A DNA stretch of 64,000 nt from Somniosus microcephalus (GCA_052327205.1 CM126217.1:77004001-77068000); one strand, 5' to 3'. Counted from the first letter of the stretch, positions 10,925 to 23,709 are shown. Notes: generated by a model not told the origin, from the sequence alone. Translations and numbers: made by a program.

Positions 10925-10938
10925 AAACAAGGGGTGAA
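10925..10938 (+). promoter_or_regulatory. Polypurine tract
   Basis: AAACAAGGGGTGAA directly before the 3' LTR. Confidence 0.8.
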
Positions 10939-11203
10939 TGTGGTAAACCACTGTTGTTAGTATTGTTGTTCACTGTTAGTACTGTTGTTCACTCTTGCAT
11001 ATTGTTGTACTTGTCTGTGCATGCCTCAGCTGACTCCGCCCCTGGCTCCACCCTCATGGCTGGGTATAAAGGTCGCTGCTCAGAAGCCTCCGGCCCTTTT
11101 GGATACCAGGCAACCACAAGAGGCATGCTCTGTTCTTTGGTAATAAAAGCCTGTTTATTACTTACTCAATCTCCAGCCTTTTGTAGCAATTGATAGTGCA
11201 TCA
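10939..11203 (+). repeat. 3' LTR
   Basis: Direct repeat of 6722-6986. Confidence 0.97.
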
Positions 11204-11599
11204 CCAGGCAGGCACATCCCAGCACTTACACTGGAATACATCCCTCTATTCCCATCCCCCTGTGCAGACTGTCGCCCCAAGGATATTTAAAGGGAAGAAT
11301 TTTGCCTTAGATTTCACAGGTTTGAACAGGAGTGAAAGTAAGGAACAGCTGAAAAAGAGAAGTGTTAGACTGTGTTCATTGCTCAGATCAGAGAGCAGTG
11401 ATTGTGATGATTAAAAGAGGTATATACCACAACTGTCTGTGAACTGGAGTGAAATAATGAATTTACAATAATCTCCCACCTTACATAATTCTGCACGTGT
11501 TTTCATGTTTGGCCTTCAACAAGATTTTAGGAAGGCAAATTGTTTTCTCACTTTTGTTGCTTCCATTTTTAGATAGGAGTAATCCTGAGGGCAATGCTA

Positions 11600-11990
11600 A
11601 ACACAGTCGAATAGTCCATTAGGTAGCACCAAGGTTCAATGGAAACACCCAAGGCCTGTAATTAATGCAGGGAACAGCCACATGACTGATCTCTAGTGTC
11701 AGAGGACTTACAACTGAGGAAAGGTTGGAAAAACTTGGACCCGTCAGCTTTGAACGGAGGCAAATGATAGCGTACCTTATAGAGATATACAAGATATTAA
11801 ATTAAATAGAAAATGTTAATCATATGCACTATTTCAAGATAACCACTGCTTCAGATCAAGAGGGCAAGTCTTGGACTGATAGCGTGAAGCACTTCTTCAC
11901 ACAAAGAGCAATTAACAGCTGGAATGTTCTTCTGGGTAGAGTAATGGAGGAAAAAGCTCTAGAATCATTAAAGAGGTAGTTAGTTGTTGT
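11600..11990 (+). pseudogene. Old degraded CR1 3' fragment
   Basis: Residual GAGGAAAGGTTGGAAAAACTTGGAC...CTTATAGAGATATACAAGAT...TTCTTCACACAAAG pattern matching the other CR1 copies. Confidence 0.55.
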
Positions 11991-13817
11991 TTATGATTTT
12001 TATAAATTATCAGGGTTTTTAACATTTTTCCTGTCCCCAAGCAGTTTTCACCCCTCTACACAGCTCTCTGTGAGAGAACAGTGCTTCAATCAACAGGCAG
12101 ACAAGTGACATGCCACTATCAATTGTAATCACAAAGGTACTGTTGGAAGATTAGCTTTTTGGAGACAACAACATTTTGTAGCTGCAGACAACCCTAACAA
12201 AGAAAGTGCCTCAGAAAATGGTCTCCAGTGGTTACAGAGCACAGAAAAAACTTGGAGAGCAATTGTACTTGGTTATTAATTGGCAACTGTGAGAATTCCC
12301 ATAGTCTAATGTGTGCAAAGATCACAGGTGCAGGCAATGAAGTTGTCTGGAAGAGAGTTTCATAGGCAGGAAACTCCTCCATGAAGCTTTGCTGTGCATA
12401 TTCTGTTCAAATTCTTTTAGAAAGACACAAATGTCGGGGCACAGCTGCAGCAGCTCTCCTGGCATAAACATGAAGGTCTTGCTCCAACATTGGCAATCCT
12501 TTTGGTACAGTTCCATTTACAATTGTGTGTGCCATTGACAATCCAGTTATATCTCTCCGGTATTGGAGAGGATGAACTCTGGTGTGGAGAAGGCCAGTCA
12601 CATCATTCACCAGACTCCATGGCTCTAGATCACCCGGACTCTAATAGCATGACATAGGTTTCCTCTTCAGCCTTTCACTACTGGACACAGGCTTCACAGA
12701 AGAATTCATTGCTGGTCACAAGCGGGGCCAAAACGTCTTGAGCAATTCCATTCTTCTACCAGCTTTCAATGCTTGTTTGTCCCACTATGGATTAGATGTG
12801 ATCACCAAGCCAGACAGCTGAATGTTTGCCATCGAAGACAATTTACAGTCTTAGTGGAGTAGAACCGAATGGACATCATCAAAGCAACATTATCCCCAAT
12901 TTCCCCAGCCTCCGGAAACACTTTAACAGTACTTTGCATAAATCTAAGCAGCAGGATGTAATTGGAAATTTAATAAATATCATGCCCGCTCACCACATTC
13001 TTTGCCAATTAATTTGAGTCAAATATGATGCTACAGCTTAATTCAAAAGTTAAATTAAGAATGATCATTAATTCAAACCTTAGTCGCTTTGCTAGCTGAT
13101 TGTGAAGTAGATTTTGCACGTCATTAGCTTCATATTAATGCTTCCATGTCTCCAAATGTTACAAACATACTTATTAAATTTAAAAGAAACACTCACATTC
13201 ATTGGCACCTTATCATGTTCCTTTGAAATGTCTCAAATCATTTCACATACAATAAAGTATTTTGAGGCAGAGAAAAATACTATACATAGCAGTGTCATGT
13301 ATAACCAGCTAATCAGATGTTTGTTGAATAAGAAATGTTGGCCAGGAAACTGGGAGAATTTCCCAGTTTTCAAATAGTGTCAAAGGATCTTTAACGCTCA
13401 ATTGAACCATCACAACAGATAGCTGAGACCTCAGTTTAATGTCTCATTTCATTTAGTTTATCAACTTTATGTACACTTCTTTGTTCAAGTATAACAATTT
13501 AACAACAAATGTAGCATTTTATTGATTGCATAAAAATAAAATGAAGCAATGCAAACAGAAATAGAGTTTAATATTATCAAGGAGCAATTTGCTTCAAATT
13601 AAATAGTCCTATTTTCTCCTGAAAGAAACAAAAAGGCCACCAGTTTCCATCAATCACATCTGTTTACAAATTTGGTTATCTTTAATATCCTAATGGATGT
13701 GGACTATTTTTGTATCACTGTAGCTTTGAAGCCTGAAGCCTTGGATCATCCACCAGGGTAATCACATTTCTCAGGAATCTTTATACTTGGAGTCCAATCA
13801 TTTTCCTCTGTGGTCCA

Positions 13818-14118
13818 TATAGTAATCTGGGATGTAATGCTTAAGTTATCCACCAGATGGAGACAAATATTAAGGGATCATATTTACCAGTATTAAGGTA
13901 ATGTCCTGGCACACCACTTATTAAGGTAGTGGCATTGCATTCTGGGTATGACTCAGAGGTGAATCCTCCATCTTGTGATCGCACAGTAAGAATTGGGAGT
14001 GTGTTTGCTGCAGCTGTAAGAGATGTTTCTCTGCTACATATGTATAATTAAACAGTTGCGTTTTGGTTCCTGAAGTCTGGCTTATCTCAGTTTCTGACCT
14101 TACCACTCGGATATCACC
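13818..14118 (+). repeat. 5' LTR
   Basis: Direct repeat of 18725-19025. Confidence 0.93.
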
Positions 14119-14120
14119 TT

Positions 14121-14131
14121 TGGCGACGAGG
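14121..14131 (+). promoter_or_regulatory. Primer-binding site, tRNA-Ser
   Basis: TGGCGACGAGG, complementary to the 3' end of vertebrate tRNA-Ser(GCU). Confidence 0.8.
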
Positions 14132-14190
14132 CTGAACAGATCTCATCTTGAAGAAGGGAAAATTTAAAAAAAGCACTGAATCAAGGAATC

Positions 14191-17100
14191 ATGGCTGCTA
14201 TGGTAGGACAGCTCTCTGCTTTTGATTTTCAGACACAGACCTGGAACGAATAGTGTGAGTTGCTGGAACATTTCTTTGTAGCAAATGATATAGTTGATGT
14301 TGGAAAAAGGAGAGCTATTTTGCTCACTTCCGTGGGAAGTCAGACGTATAGTTTAATGAGGAACTTATGCAGTCCTGAAAAGCCTGGAGACGTACCATTT
14401 GCTAACTTAGTGGACTTGCTAAAGGAACATTTCAATCCTAGACCGAGTGAGATTGTACAGCGTTTCAAATTTAATTCACGGAACAGGAAACCGGGAGAGA
14501 CTGTATTGGATTATGTAGCGGTATTGAGAAAACTGGCACATGATTGCAATTACGGGAACAATTTGAAGGACATGCTGAGAGATAGGCTTGTTTGCGGGAT
14601 AATGGATGCTCGAATGCAGAGGAGATTATTGTCCGAGACTGGGCTTACGTATGAAAAAGCATTGGAACTTGCTCAAGCCATAGAGACAGCTAACCATGAT
14701 GTAAAAGAAATACAAGGTTCAGACTGGGCTCCGACAAAGCAAGCTGGAGGTCCGGTTGTGCACAAGTTAAATATGAGTCAGAAACCACAACGTGAGCATG
14801 TAAAGGCATGTTATAGATGCAATGGAGATCACCTGGCGAGGGAATGCAGGTTTCTGGAGGAAAAGTGCCACAAGTGTGGGAAAAAAGGACATATAAAACA
14901 TGCATGCCGAGCAAAAGCTACCCTGGAGGTATACAAACCTAAAGGGGGAGAAAAGCAAAACCGAGTAAGAGAAGTGAAAAAACAAGGAGCACATCACATC
15001 AGCGGAGAAGCTGAGAAAGAAGACGACATGTTCATATTGCATAGTATGGTAGAGGACATTCCAAAAGTGGAACCTATCACTTTGCAACTGATAGTAAATG
15101 ACTCTAAGGTCAACTTTGAGGTGGATACCGGATGTGGTGTTACCATAATGAACAGGGAGGACTACTCAAAATTGTGGAACCGTGCAAAAGTTCCAGAGTT
15201 AAAGTCTTGCTCTATGCAGCTTAAAACCTATACCGGTGAACGAGTGGTGACATTGGGTACAGCTACTGTAACTGTGAAACACAGGGACACCGTGGAACAG
15301 CTACCTGTACTTGTAGTATCGGGTTCTGGACCAAAAGGATTGAGAGGGGATCTCATCGAAACCTATAAAATTCTGTCAGGCCTGGACAGACTAGATGCAG
15401 GAAGGATGTTTCTGATGGCCGGGGAGTCCAGAACCAGGGGTCATAGTCTAAGGATAAGGGGTAAGCCATTTAGGACTGAAATGAGGAGGAATTTCTTCAC
15501 CCAGAGAGTGGTGAACCTGTGGAATTCTCTGCCACAGAGGGCGGTGGAGGCCAGTTCATTAAGTATATTCAAGAAAGAGTTGGATATATTTATTAAGGCT
15601 AAAGGGATCAAGGGATATGGGGAGAAGGCAGGGACCAGGTACTGAATTTGAATGATCAGCCATGATCTCATTGAATGGCGGAGCAGGCTCGAAGGGCCGA
15701 ATGGCCTACTCCTGCTCCTATCTTCTATGTATCTATGTATCTATGTAAACTTGTTAGGTCGGGGCTGGATACGAGAACTTAAATTAGATTGGGGAGCAAT
15801 AAATCAACTAGAGGGAGGCAAACAGTTGTCTTTGCAAGAAGTGTTGATTGAACATGAGAACGTGTTCAAGGAAGAACTTGGAACATTTAATGGCCCCCAG
15901 CTAAGATTTATGTAGACAAGGAGGCACTGCCAAGGTTTTTTAAACAACGACCTGTGCCTTATGCCATGAAACCAAAGGTAGAGGCTGAGCTTGAGCGTCT
16001 TTTGAGAGAGAACATTTTGGAACCCGTAAAATGTTCAGAATGGGCAGCTCCCATTGTACCTGTTTTAAAACCAGACAATTTGGTAAGAATCTGTGGAGAT
16101 TATAAATTGACAGTAAATAGGGTGTCTAAACTTGAACAGTATCCTATTCCCAAAACTGAGGATCTTTTTGCGAACCTGGCTGGAGGGAAGAAATTCACGA
16201 AGCTGGAAATGCGTCATGCATACTTGCAGATTACACTAGATGAGGAATCCAAGAAGTATGTAACCATACATACACACAAGGGTTTGTTTACCTATAACCA
16301 TTTACCATTCGGTGTCTCATCTAGTCCAGCTATTTTCCAGAGGACTATCGAGGGTGTACTGCAAGGGATCCCACATGTTTCAATCTATCTGGATGACATT
16401 CTGGTGATGGGAAGAACCGACCAGGAGCATCTGAGCACCCTGAGAGAGGTACTACAAAGATTGGATAAGGCTGGGTTACGGCTCAAGAGGATTAAGTGCA
16501 CTTTCCTGGGGAATGAGGCCATGTTCCTGGGACACAGAGTGGATGCCACAGGGCTCCATCCAATCAAGGAGAAGGTACAAGCACTGCAGGAGGCCCCAGC
16601 TCCTACAAATGTGACCGAGTTAAAAGCTTACCTGGGACTGCTAAACTATTATAATAGGTTTTTACCAAACTTGTCAACTGTGTTAACACCTCTTCACAAA
16701 CTACTGCGCAAGGAGACACAGTGGCAGTGGGGAGAGGAGCAGAGGATTTCATTTGAACAGTCCAAGAAACTGATGCTGTCCTCGGATGTGTTGGTTCACT
16801 ACAATGCAGAGAAAGACATCATTCTCTCTTGTGACGCTTCACCTTACGGGGTGGGGGCAGTTCTTTCACACAGCTTGGAAGATGGAACAGAAAGACCAAT
16901 AGGGTTTATGTCTCGAACTCTGACCCCAGCGGAAAAAAACTATTCCCAGTTAGATAAAGAGGGATTAGTCGTAATGTTTGGGTTACAGAGGTTTCACAAG
17001 TACATATATGGCAGGAAATTCACCATATGCACCGATCATAAACCTCTTCTATCTCTTTTTAATGAGATGAAAGCAGTACCACAGATGATGTCACCCCGGA

Positions 17101-18632
17101 TCCAGAGGTGGGCAGTGACATTAAGGGCGTATGAGTATGTCATCGTTTACAAGGCGGGCAAGTACCATGGGAACGCAGATGCCTTGAGCCGTCTTCCACT
17201 ACCAGGTACACCTATCCGTGCAGCTCCAGAGGACAGAGTTTTGATGTTGGAGGACATGGACACGGCAATTGTGATCGCAGAACAAGTAAGGACTTGGACT
17301 GGTAAAGATCCAGTACTGTCTAGAGTCCGAGAATATATGATGAGGGGTTAGCCACAACATCCGGAAGGGACTAATTTCATACCTTATAGTGTCAGGAAGA
17401 CAGAGCTGAGTGTGCAGGATGGTTGCGTGTTGTGGGGAGCTCGAGTGATTATTCCACAGCCAGTACAACAGTCTATCCTAGTGCAACTACATCAGTGTCA
17501 TCCTGGAGTGTCGCGTATGAAAGCACTGGCAAGGAGTTACTTGTGGTGGCCAAAGCTAGATGAGGAGCTAGAAAATCTAGTCAAGACATGCAGCACTTGT
17601 CAAGTACACAGGAAGGCACCAGCAGCGGCTCCACTCCACCCCTGGGAGTGGCCGGATAAACCATGGAGAAGATTACATGTAGATTATGCGGGTCCATTCA
17701 TGGGAAAGATGTTCCTCATAATCATTGATGCACATTCCAAATGGATGGATGTGTATCCTGTAAATTCTGCTTCATCTACTGTTACTGTAGACTGCCTGCA
17801 TAGGAGTTTTAGTAATCAAGGGATACCGGAGATCGTAGTAAGTGACAATGCCATGTGTTTTGTGAGTACAGAAACAAAAGAGTTCATGAGAAACAATGGC
17901 ATAGTGCACGTGACTTCAGCTCCATATCATCCGTCTTCAAATGGACTTGCGCAGAGAGCCATACAAACATTTAAGGAGATGATGAAAAGAAGTGCGGCAG
18001 GGAGTTTGGCAGCAAAGGTGTCACGAGTTCTGTTCAGCTACAGAATAACACCTCAATCTACCATAGGACTCTCTCCTGCTGAGTTGTTGTTAGGACGTCG
18101 ACTACGCTCCACTCTTGACCTGGTTCACCCAGATCTAAAAAGGAAGGTGGAAAACCGACAAATCAAACAAAAGGAGCACCATGACAGAAGGACAAAGAGC
18201 CGCAGTTTTGGAGAAGGAGATGCGGTCCTTACCAGGAATTTCAGTTATGGTCCAAAATGGATTCCTGGCATCATAGACTCAATGACCGGTCCAGATTCAT
18301 ATACGGTCATGGTGGGAACTGGTCAGGTAGTACGCAGACATGTGGATCAGATACTGACCAGACAAAGGGAAATCGAACTGGAGGTTCCAGAGGAAATGTT
18401 GGAGGACAAATTGGTCCCCAGTTATCCAAATGCATTGGTGGTACCAACACCACGAACAGAGCCAGTTCCACCTGGACCCCTTCGTCAAGAGGAAACCATC
18501 GTAGCAGAGTCAGATACTCTGAGCACTGCTCAGGAGCAGCAGGTGGCTATACCACAACCAAGCAGGGACTTGACTGTAAGACGTTCACCAACAAGTCACA
18601 AGCCACCAGAGAGATTGATCATGACCTGCTAG
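14191..18632 (+). pseudogene. Disrupted gag-pol
   Basis: Gag knuckles, VDTGC protease, YLDD RT and RNase H (15954-17351), integrase (17412-18632). Stops at 14251 and 17349, a frameshift near 15900, and a CR1 insertion. Confidence 0.93.
15336..15746 (+). mobile_element. Short 3' CR1 fragment inserted in the Gypsy protease region
   Basis: LRGDLIETYKIL...GYGEKAGTRY plus 3' UTR and (CTATGTAT)n tail. The host motif GP|NLLGR is restored when it is removed. Confidence 0.93.
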
Positions 18633-18724
18633 ATTCGTTCAGTATGGACTATCATTAAAGGAGTTTCCTTATGGACTTTTTAAGAATGTTGTTAAGAAGT
18701 TATTGTAAACATAAGAGGGGGGGA

Positions 18725-19025
18725 TATAGTAATCTGGGATGTAATGCTTAAGTTATCCACCAGATGGAGACAAATATTAAGGGATCATATTTACCAGTAT
18801 TAAGGTAATGTCCTGGCACACCACTTATTAAGGTAGTGGCATTGCATTCTGGGTATGACTCAGAGGTGAATCCTCCATCTTGTGATTGCACAGTAAGAAT
18901 TGGGAGTGTGTTTGCTGCAGCTGTAAGAGATGTTTCTCTGCTACATATGTATAATTAAACAGTTGAGTTTTGGTTCCTGAAGTCTGGCTTATCTCAGTTT
19001 CTGACCTTACCACTCGGATATCACA
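18725..19025 (+). repeat. 3' LTR
   Basis: Direct repeat of 13818-14118, followed by TSD GTCCA. Confidence 0.93.
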
Positions 19026-19221
19026 GTCCATCTTACCAGCTCTTCTGAAACAGTGTAGATGGAGATAACCTTATTATTTTTCTTCATTAAGCTTCAATTC
19101 TTTAGTAAGCATACTTACCAGCCCTTAACATTATGCTTTTTTTTAGGTCCTCAGTTGCAATGATAAGTGAATAACAAGGAATTCTGAAACTTTGATATAA
19201 GAAGGCAATGATGAGTTATGA

Positions 19222-19440
19222 GTAATAATAACAGAAAATGCTGGAAACACTCAGCAGGTCAGGCAGCATCGTGGAGAGAAAAACAGAACATTTCAGGTCG
19301 ATGACCCTTCGTCGACCTGAAACGTGCTGAAACCTTAACTCTGTTTCTCTCTCTACAGATGCTGCCTGGCCTGCTGAGTGTTTCCAGCATTTTCTGTTGT
19401 TATTTCGGATTTCCAGCATCTGCATTTTTTTGCTATTGTG
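19222..19440. mobile_element. Inverted (fold-back) pair of Penelope-type terminal fragments
   Basis: AACAGAAAATGCTGGAAACACTCAGCAGG is mirrored by CCTGCTGAGTGTTTCCAGCATTTTCTGTT. The same repeat occurs at ~35760-35885, ~48310-48405 and ~57095-57240. Confidence 0.6.
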
Positions 19441-20412
19441 TGAGTTATGAGTGATTGTTTGGTCCAGAGCAGAGAGCTTCAATCCTTCAGACTAATCCTA
19501 CAATTTATAACATGCTGCACTCAGGTCAAACTTTCATGAGCAACCAAGTTTTCTTACAAATAAGAAAACAAGATCTAAACTAATAACAGTTTAACTAAGA
19601 TATATTCCAAAGGATTTCTCTCTTTTGTTAATTTAAAGGATTTCTAATTTGCTCAAAGCGTAGATCAGAGTGTAAAATTGTAAAAGTGAGACAGTTTGTG
19701 AGAATCATCTGCATACAACCCCAAAGGTATGAGTTTAGACCAATCATAAAACTATAATCCAGAAAATAACGAGCAATAATTTTCAATTACAACTTGACTA
19801 GAATCAGAAGAATGCAAATTGCCACAACATAACTAAAATGGAACTCCCAGGCTTTGTAATAGGTAATCAGATTAAATAGGATATTCCGCTTATGGGTCCA
19901 GATTTCTTTGTTGGAGTAATTGGACAGCCAATATTTTGAGAGCATTTTACTCATTACAACTAATGAATTACCAATGAAAAGTTGGAATATGATCAGATGT
20001 ATTATTGTCTAATTTTCCATTTTTGTAAAGCCAGCAAAGGGCCATATTTTCCTTTGGGTGAAAAAATACTTTGAGTAAATGGGGCTAAGACTGAACGGAA
20101 GCAGTAATAGACTTTTCTTGCACTGACTTGCTCCTATGCTGGAATTTATTGATTAAAAAATGGCCAAAAAATGTGCTTGCAATGAGGCCTTGTTAAAGGA
20201 CAATCATAACACAAGTATTGTGAAGAGAAGGATAGCAACTAGACTTGTGCTACGAACTCTCATTCAGACCTATCAGTTATATGAATGATGGATAATATGA
20301 CCCAAGTTTTCAAGTGCGACTCACAGAATGCACGTTGAATGCAACAACTTTTATTTGTATACCAGTAGATCTCCTGTGGCGTTGCTTATAGTAAATCAGA
20401 TCTGCAAACAAT

Positions 20413-21799
20413 GGCCCAGAAATTCGGGTTGGGGGTTTCCCGCGGGTGTAAGCCCTCGACCTGCACTTACTTTGCGTGCCGGCCATTGAGCTGTGGGCCC
20501 CCGTGGAATTCTGATCCTGGGCCTGCTCCAGCTGCCGGCGCGCAGTGCTTGCGTATCCCAGGGGCGCAGTTAGTTCAATGCATCCCCTAGGATCACGTGG
20601 GCCATGGGGAGCCAATCGGAGCAGGGAATGCTCCATTCATAAGTTCGACAGGAAGAGCTGTCAAAACTTATAAATATTACGGGTCCCAAAACATCACTAA
20701 ATCTTCAAATACATTTTTTTAAATCACATTTTTTAAATAAATCATAAATTACATGAAATAACTATTTTAAACAATATTTTAAATTTTTGAATTTTTTTTT
20801 TTCCTAACAGGGCTAAAAATAAACTTACCTTGCTTTTGAAGTAAGCCCCCAAAGTGCGGACCAAGTGATATACAAGGTCGATGTCACCGGCTTGTTGCAA
20901 GAAAGACAGACCCCATAATTGAAGTCACAATGGTTTATTCAGGCCTGGGGAGAACTTCTCACGTCCCTACGCGATTCCAAACTCCAACGAGCCTTTCAAA
21001 GATCCACATAGTTATACACATTTTGCCAGCCATACCTCCTCGGAGATCCAATCAATTTAAAAGTTTACACATTAATCACTATCCGGGAGTGGCTGTTCAT
21101 ACAGAGTTAACACATAGTATAAGTTTTGTTTCCCTGTAAATGAGTCATGCCTGGCCTGCTCATTTTCCTGGAAATGAGTCATGCCTCTCTTGCCTCCTGT
21201 AAGTTTCATTTCCCGAAAATGAGTCATGCCTCTCTTGCCTCTGTAAGGTTCAATTTCCTGGAAATGAGTCAAGCCAGTCTTGCCTCTAAGTTTCATTTTC
21301 CTCTGAACTGGCAGACTTCATTTCTGCAAGTCAGGCATATGGGTGATCAGTATACTTCATCCTCGAACATTCTGTGGCTTTGCCTGTTATAAACCTGCTT
21401 TTCTGCAGGTGAATCCTGTTTGCCTTGCCCTTTTATGTCCAATTTTTAATATCTTACTTCACTTTAAAGTATTTAAAAATAATAAACCTGTGGAAAAAAT
21501 GTTTTAATTTTAATTAATTCACCACTTACCTTGTAAAAAGCAGGCCTTATGCCTGCTTTTTATATGTGTAAATTCTGCAGACTTACCCTCCCGGGAAAAC
21601 CTGTAAAAAAAAACTAAGTTGGATGCGCACGTGCAGCCTCTCCCGCGCACGCGTTCGAACTCTGAACCCCTTCGGTCAGGGGAACAGAAGTGCCGGTTTC
21701 CCGCGCATGCGCAGTGCATGCAGGAAACCGGCACTTCCATTGGGCTTACGGGTGAGTACCCCGTGCGTACTCACCCGTGGAGACCCGAATTTCTGGGCC
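20413..21799. mobile_element. Harbinger-type non-autonomous element containing a solo LTR
   Basis: TIR GGCCCAGAAATTCGGGT/ACCCGAATTTCTGGGCC. The TSD is not preserved (AAT/GTT). Confidence 0.75.
20837..21461 (-). repeat. Solo LTR, ERV-like (625 bp)
   Basis: Termini TGAAGTAAG...CTTACTTCA (9-bp inverted), 4-bp TSD CTTT, minus-strand AATAAA at 20934-20939, and tandem enhancer-like repeats. Confidence 0.8.
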
Positions 21800-22256
21800 G
21801 TTATGTATAAATGTGTTTTTGTGACTCACTGTCTCTGTCTTTTTTTGTTTGGTGTTTCTCTAGGTTTGTTTGTGGCATTGTGGTTTTATGCACATTTGTA
21901 ATCCCTACATTACTACAGTGATTACGCTTCAAAAGTACCTCATTGGCTGTAAAGTGCTTTGGGGCATCATAAGGTTATGAAAAGCGTTATCTAAATGCTC
22001 GCTCGTTCGTTCGTTTCTATGTGTGTTTGAGCTATTGTGGTCATGTGAATCTTTTTGTCTTGATATGGTTGTGTTCATGTCTTCATCCTCTTATGCTTAT
22101 CAGACTACTCTTGTGTCTTTGTGGTCTTTTGCCTCTATGTCTGTTTATTTCTCTCTTCCTCTGAGTTTGACCTCTTGTATGTTTGTCTATATCGTTGTGG
22201 TATTATTTTACTTACTTTATTTAAATTTTTTAATAGTGTGGCAGAGGGGAGGCCTT

Positions 22257-22830
22257 TGTTATGTCCATGCCTTTGCTACCTCTAGACTCGACTATTCCAA
22301 TGTTGTCCTGGCCAGCCTCCCACCTTGCACCCTCTATAAACTTGAGCTCATCCAAAACTCTGCTGCCTGTATCCCAACTCTCACCAAGTCCGGTTCACCC
22401 ATCACCCCTGTGCTCGTAGACCTACATCAGCTCCCGGTCCAGCAATGTGTCAATTTTAACATTCTCATCCTTGCTTTCAAATGCCTCCATGGCCTCATCC
22501 CTCCCTATCTCTGTAACCTCCTCTAACCCTACAACCCTCCGAGATCTTTGCGCTCTTACAATTCTTGTGCATCCCTGATTTTCCTCGCTCCACCATTGGC
22601 AGCCAGGTCTTCAGCTGCCTAGGCCCTAAGCTCTGGAATTCCCTCCTTAAAGTTCTCCGACTCTCTACCTCTCTATCCTCCTTTAAGACGCTGCTTAAAA
22701 CCTACCTCTTTGACCACCTGTCCTAATATCTCCTTACATGGCTCAGTATCAAACTCTGTTTGGTAACACTCCTGTGAAGCGCCTTGGGATGTTTTACTAC
22801 GTTAAAGACGCTATATAATGCAAGTCGTTG
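22257..22830 (+). pseudogene. L2 LINE 3' fragment
   Basis: HAFATSRLDYSN...LIQNSAA...ITPVLVDLHQLPV, with an L2-type tail AAGACGCTATATAATGCAAG. Confidence 0.85.
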
Positions 22831-22866
22831 TTATTGGTGAAGGTCATGCTGTGGGTGAGATGCTAC

Positions 22867-23709
22867 GGGCTGGTATTTCATTGGACCGTGGAGTCGGGAT
22901 TGGAGGCGTGTGGGGGTTTAAAATCCCGAAATTGGGGGGCACGACCCCATCCCGCCCCCAACCCACCTCCATGCCAGTTTCAAAGGAGGCGGGTACCTGC
23001 CCTGCACTGGGACCCGCCTCCCCGAGGCAGGAAGGGGATTAGTGCCAATTAACTGCCTGTTAACAGGTAGTTAACAGGCAGTTTTTAGCCTAATCACTAT
23101 TTTCATTGTTGAAATTTGGGATTCCTGACGGCTCCAAACCATGCCAAGTTAGCGAGGCGGGCCATCGGGATGAAGGACTTGGAGGGGTCGAGATGTCTGG
23201 TGTTCAGGTGAGTGATGGGTGCATGAGTCAAGAGGTAGGTGTGTTTGGTCTGTGTAAAGTGTTTAAAGAAGTTCTACTAACCTTTACTTACCTTTACAGC
23301 CTTCCTTCCTTCAGGTCTCGGGAGTCCCTCATCTCACTGGCACAGAAAGCAGAATGGCTGCGAGCTGTCAAAATCTGCAGCCTCTGCTTTCTGTTCCGGG
23401 GAGATCTCTAAATCATCCTGAGAGGAAGGAATTAACCTGGAGTACAGATTGTCAGTGTTTGACAGCTTCAAACAGCTGTCAAATACTGATATTTCATCTG
23501 TCAAAAGGTCTTGACAGATAAAATTTCAATCTGTGACGTCACCTGTTGCCAGGTGGCCCTCAATTGGCCTGCTGAGCCCGCTGGGCGGGCTCAACAAGGT
23601 CAATCAAGTCTAAATCGCGTGGGTTGGCCACAACTCGATGGAGGCGGGACTATAACCCCAAAAGTTGTAGTCACGCCTCCTACCCGACTCCTCAATGAAA
23701 ATCCAGCCC
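22867..23709. mobile_element. Harbinger-type MITE family B
   Basis: Ends GGGCTGGTATTTCATTG/CAATGAAAATCCAGCCC, TSD TAC; a homologous inverted copy lies at 31884-32726. Confidence 0.85.

Larger units (their letters stand above)
6722..11203 (+). mobile_element. Full-length intact Ty3/Gypsy LTR retrotransposon
   Basis: Two 265-bp TG...CA LTRs that appear identical, 5-bp TSD CCAGG (6717-6721 and 11204-11208), a single uninterrupted gag-pol ORF, and a PPT. Confidence 0.97.
13818..19025 (+). mobile_element. Full-length decayed Ty3/Gypsy LTR retrotransposon with a nested CR1 fragment
   Basis: 301-bp LTRs (13818-14118, 18725-19025) with about 3 differences, TSD GTCCA, PBS TGGCGACGAGG at 14121, and a purine tract (AAGA, G-run, A) at 18713-18724. 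Confidence 0.95.

Noticed and set aside
12180-12960. Coding-like stretch on the minus strand
   Set aside because: It has many stops. It may be an ancient LINE remnant, but no motif could be assigned with confidence.
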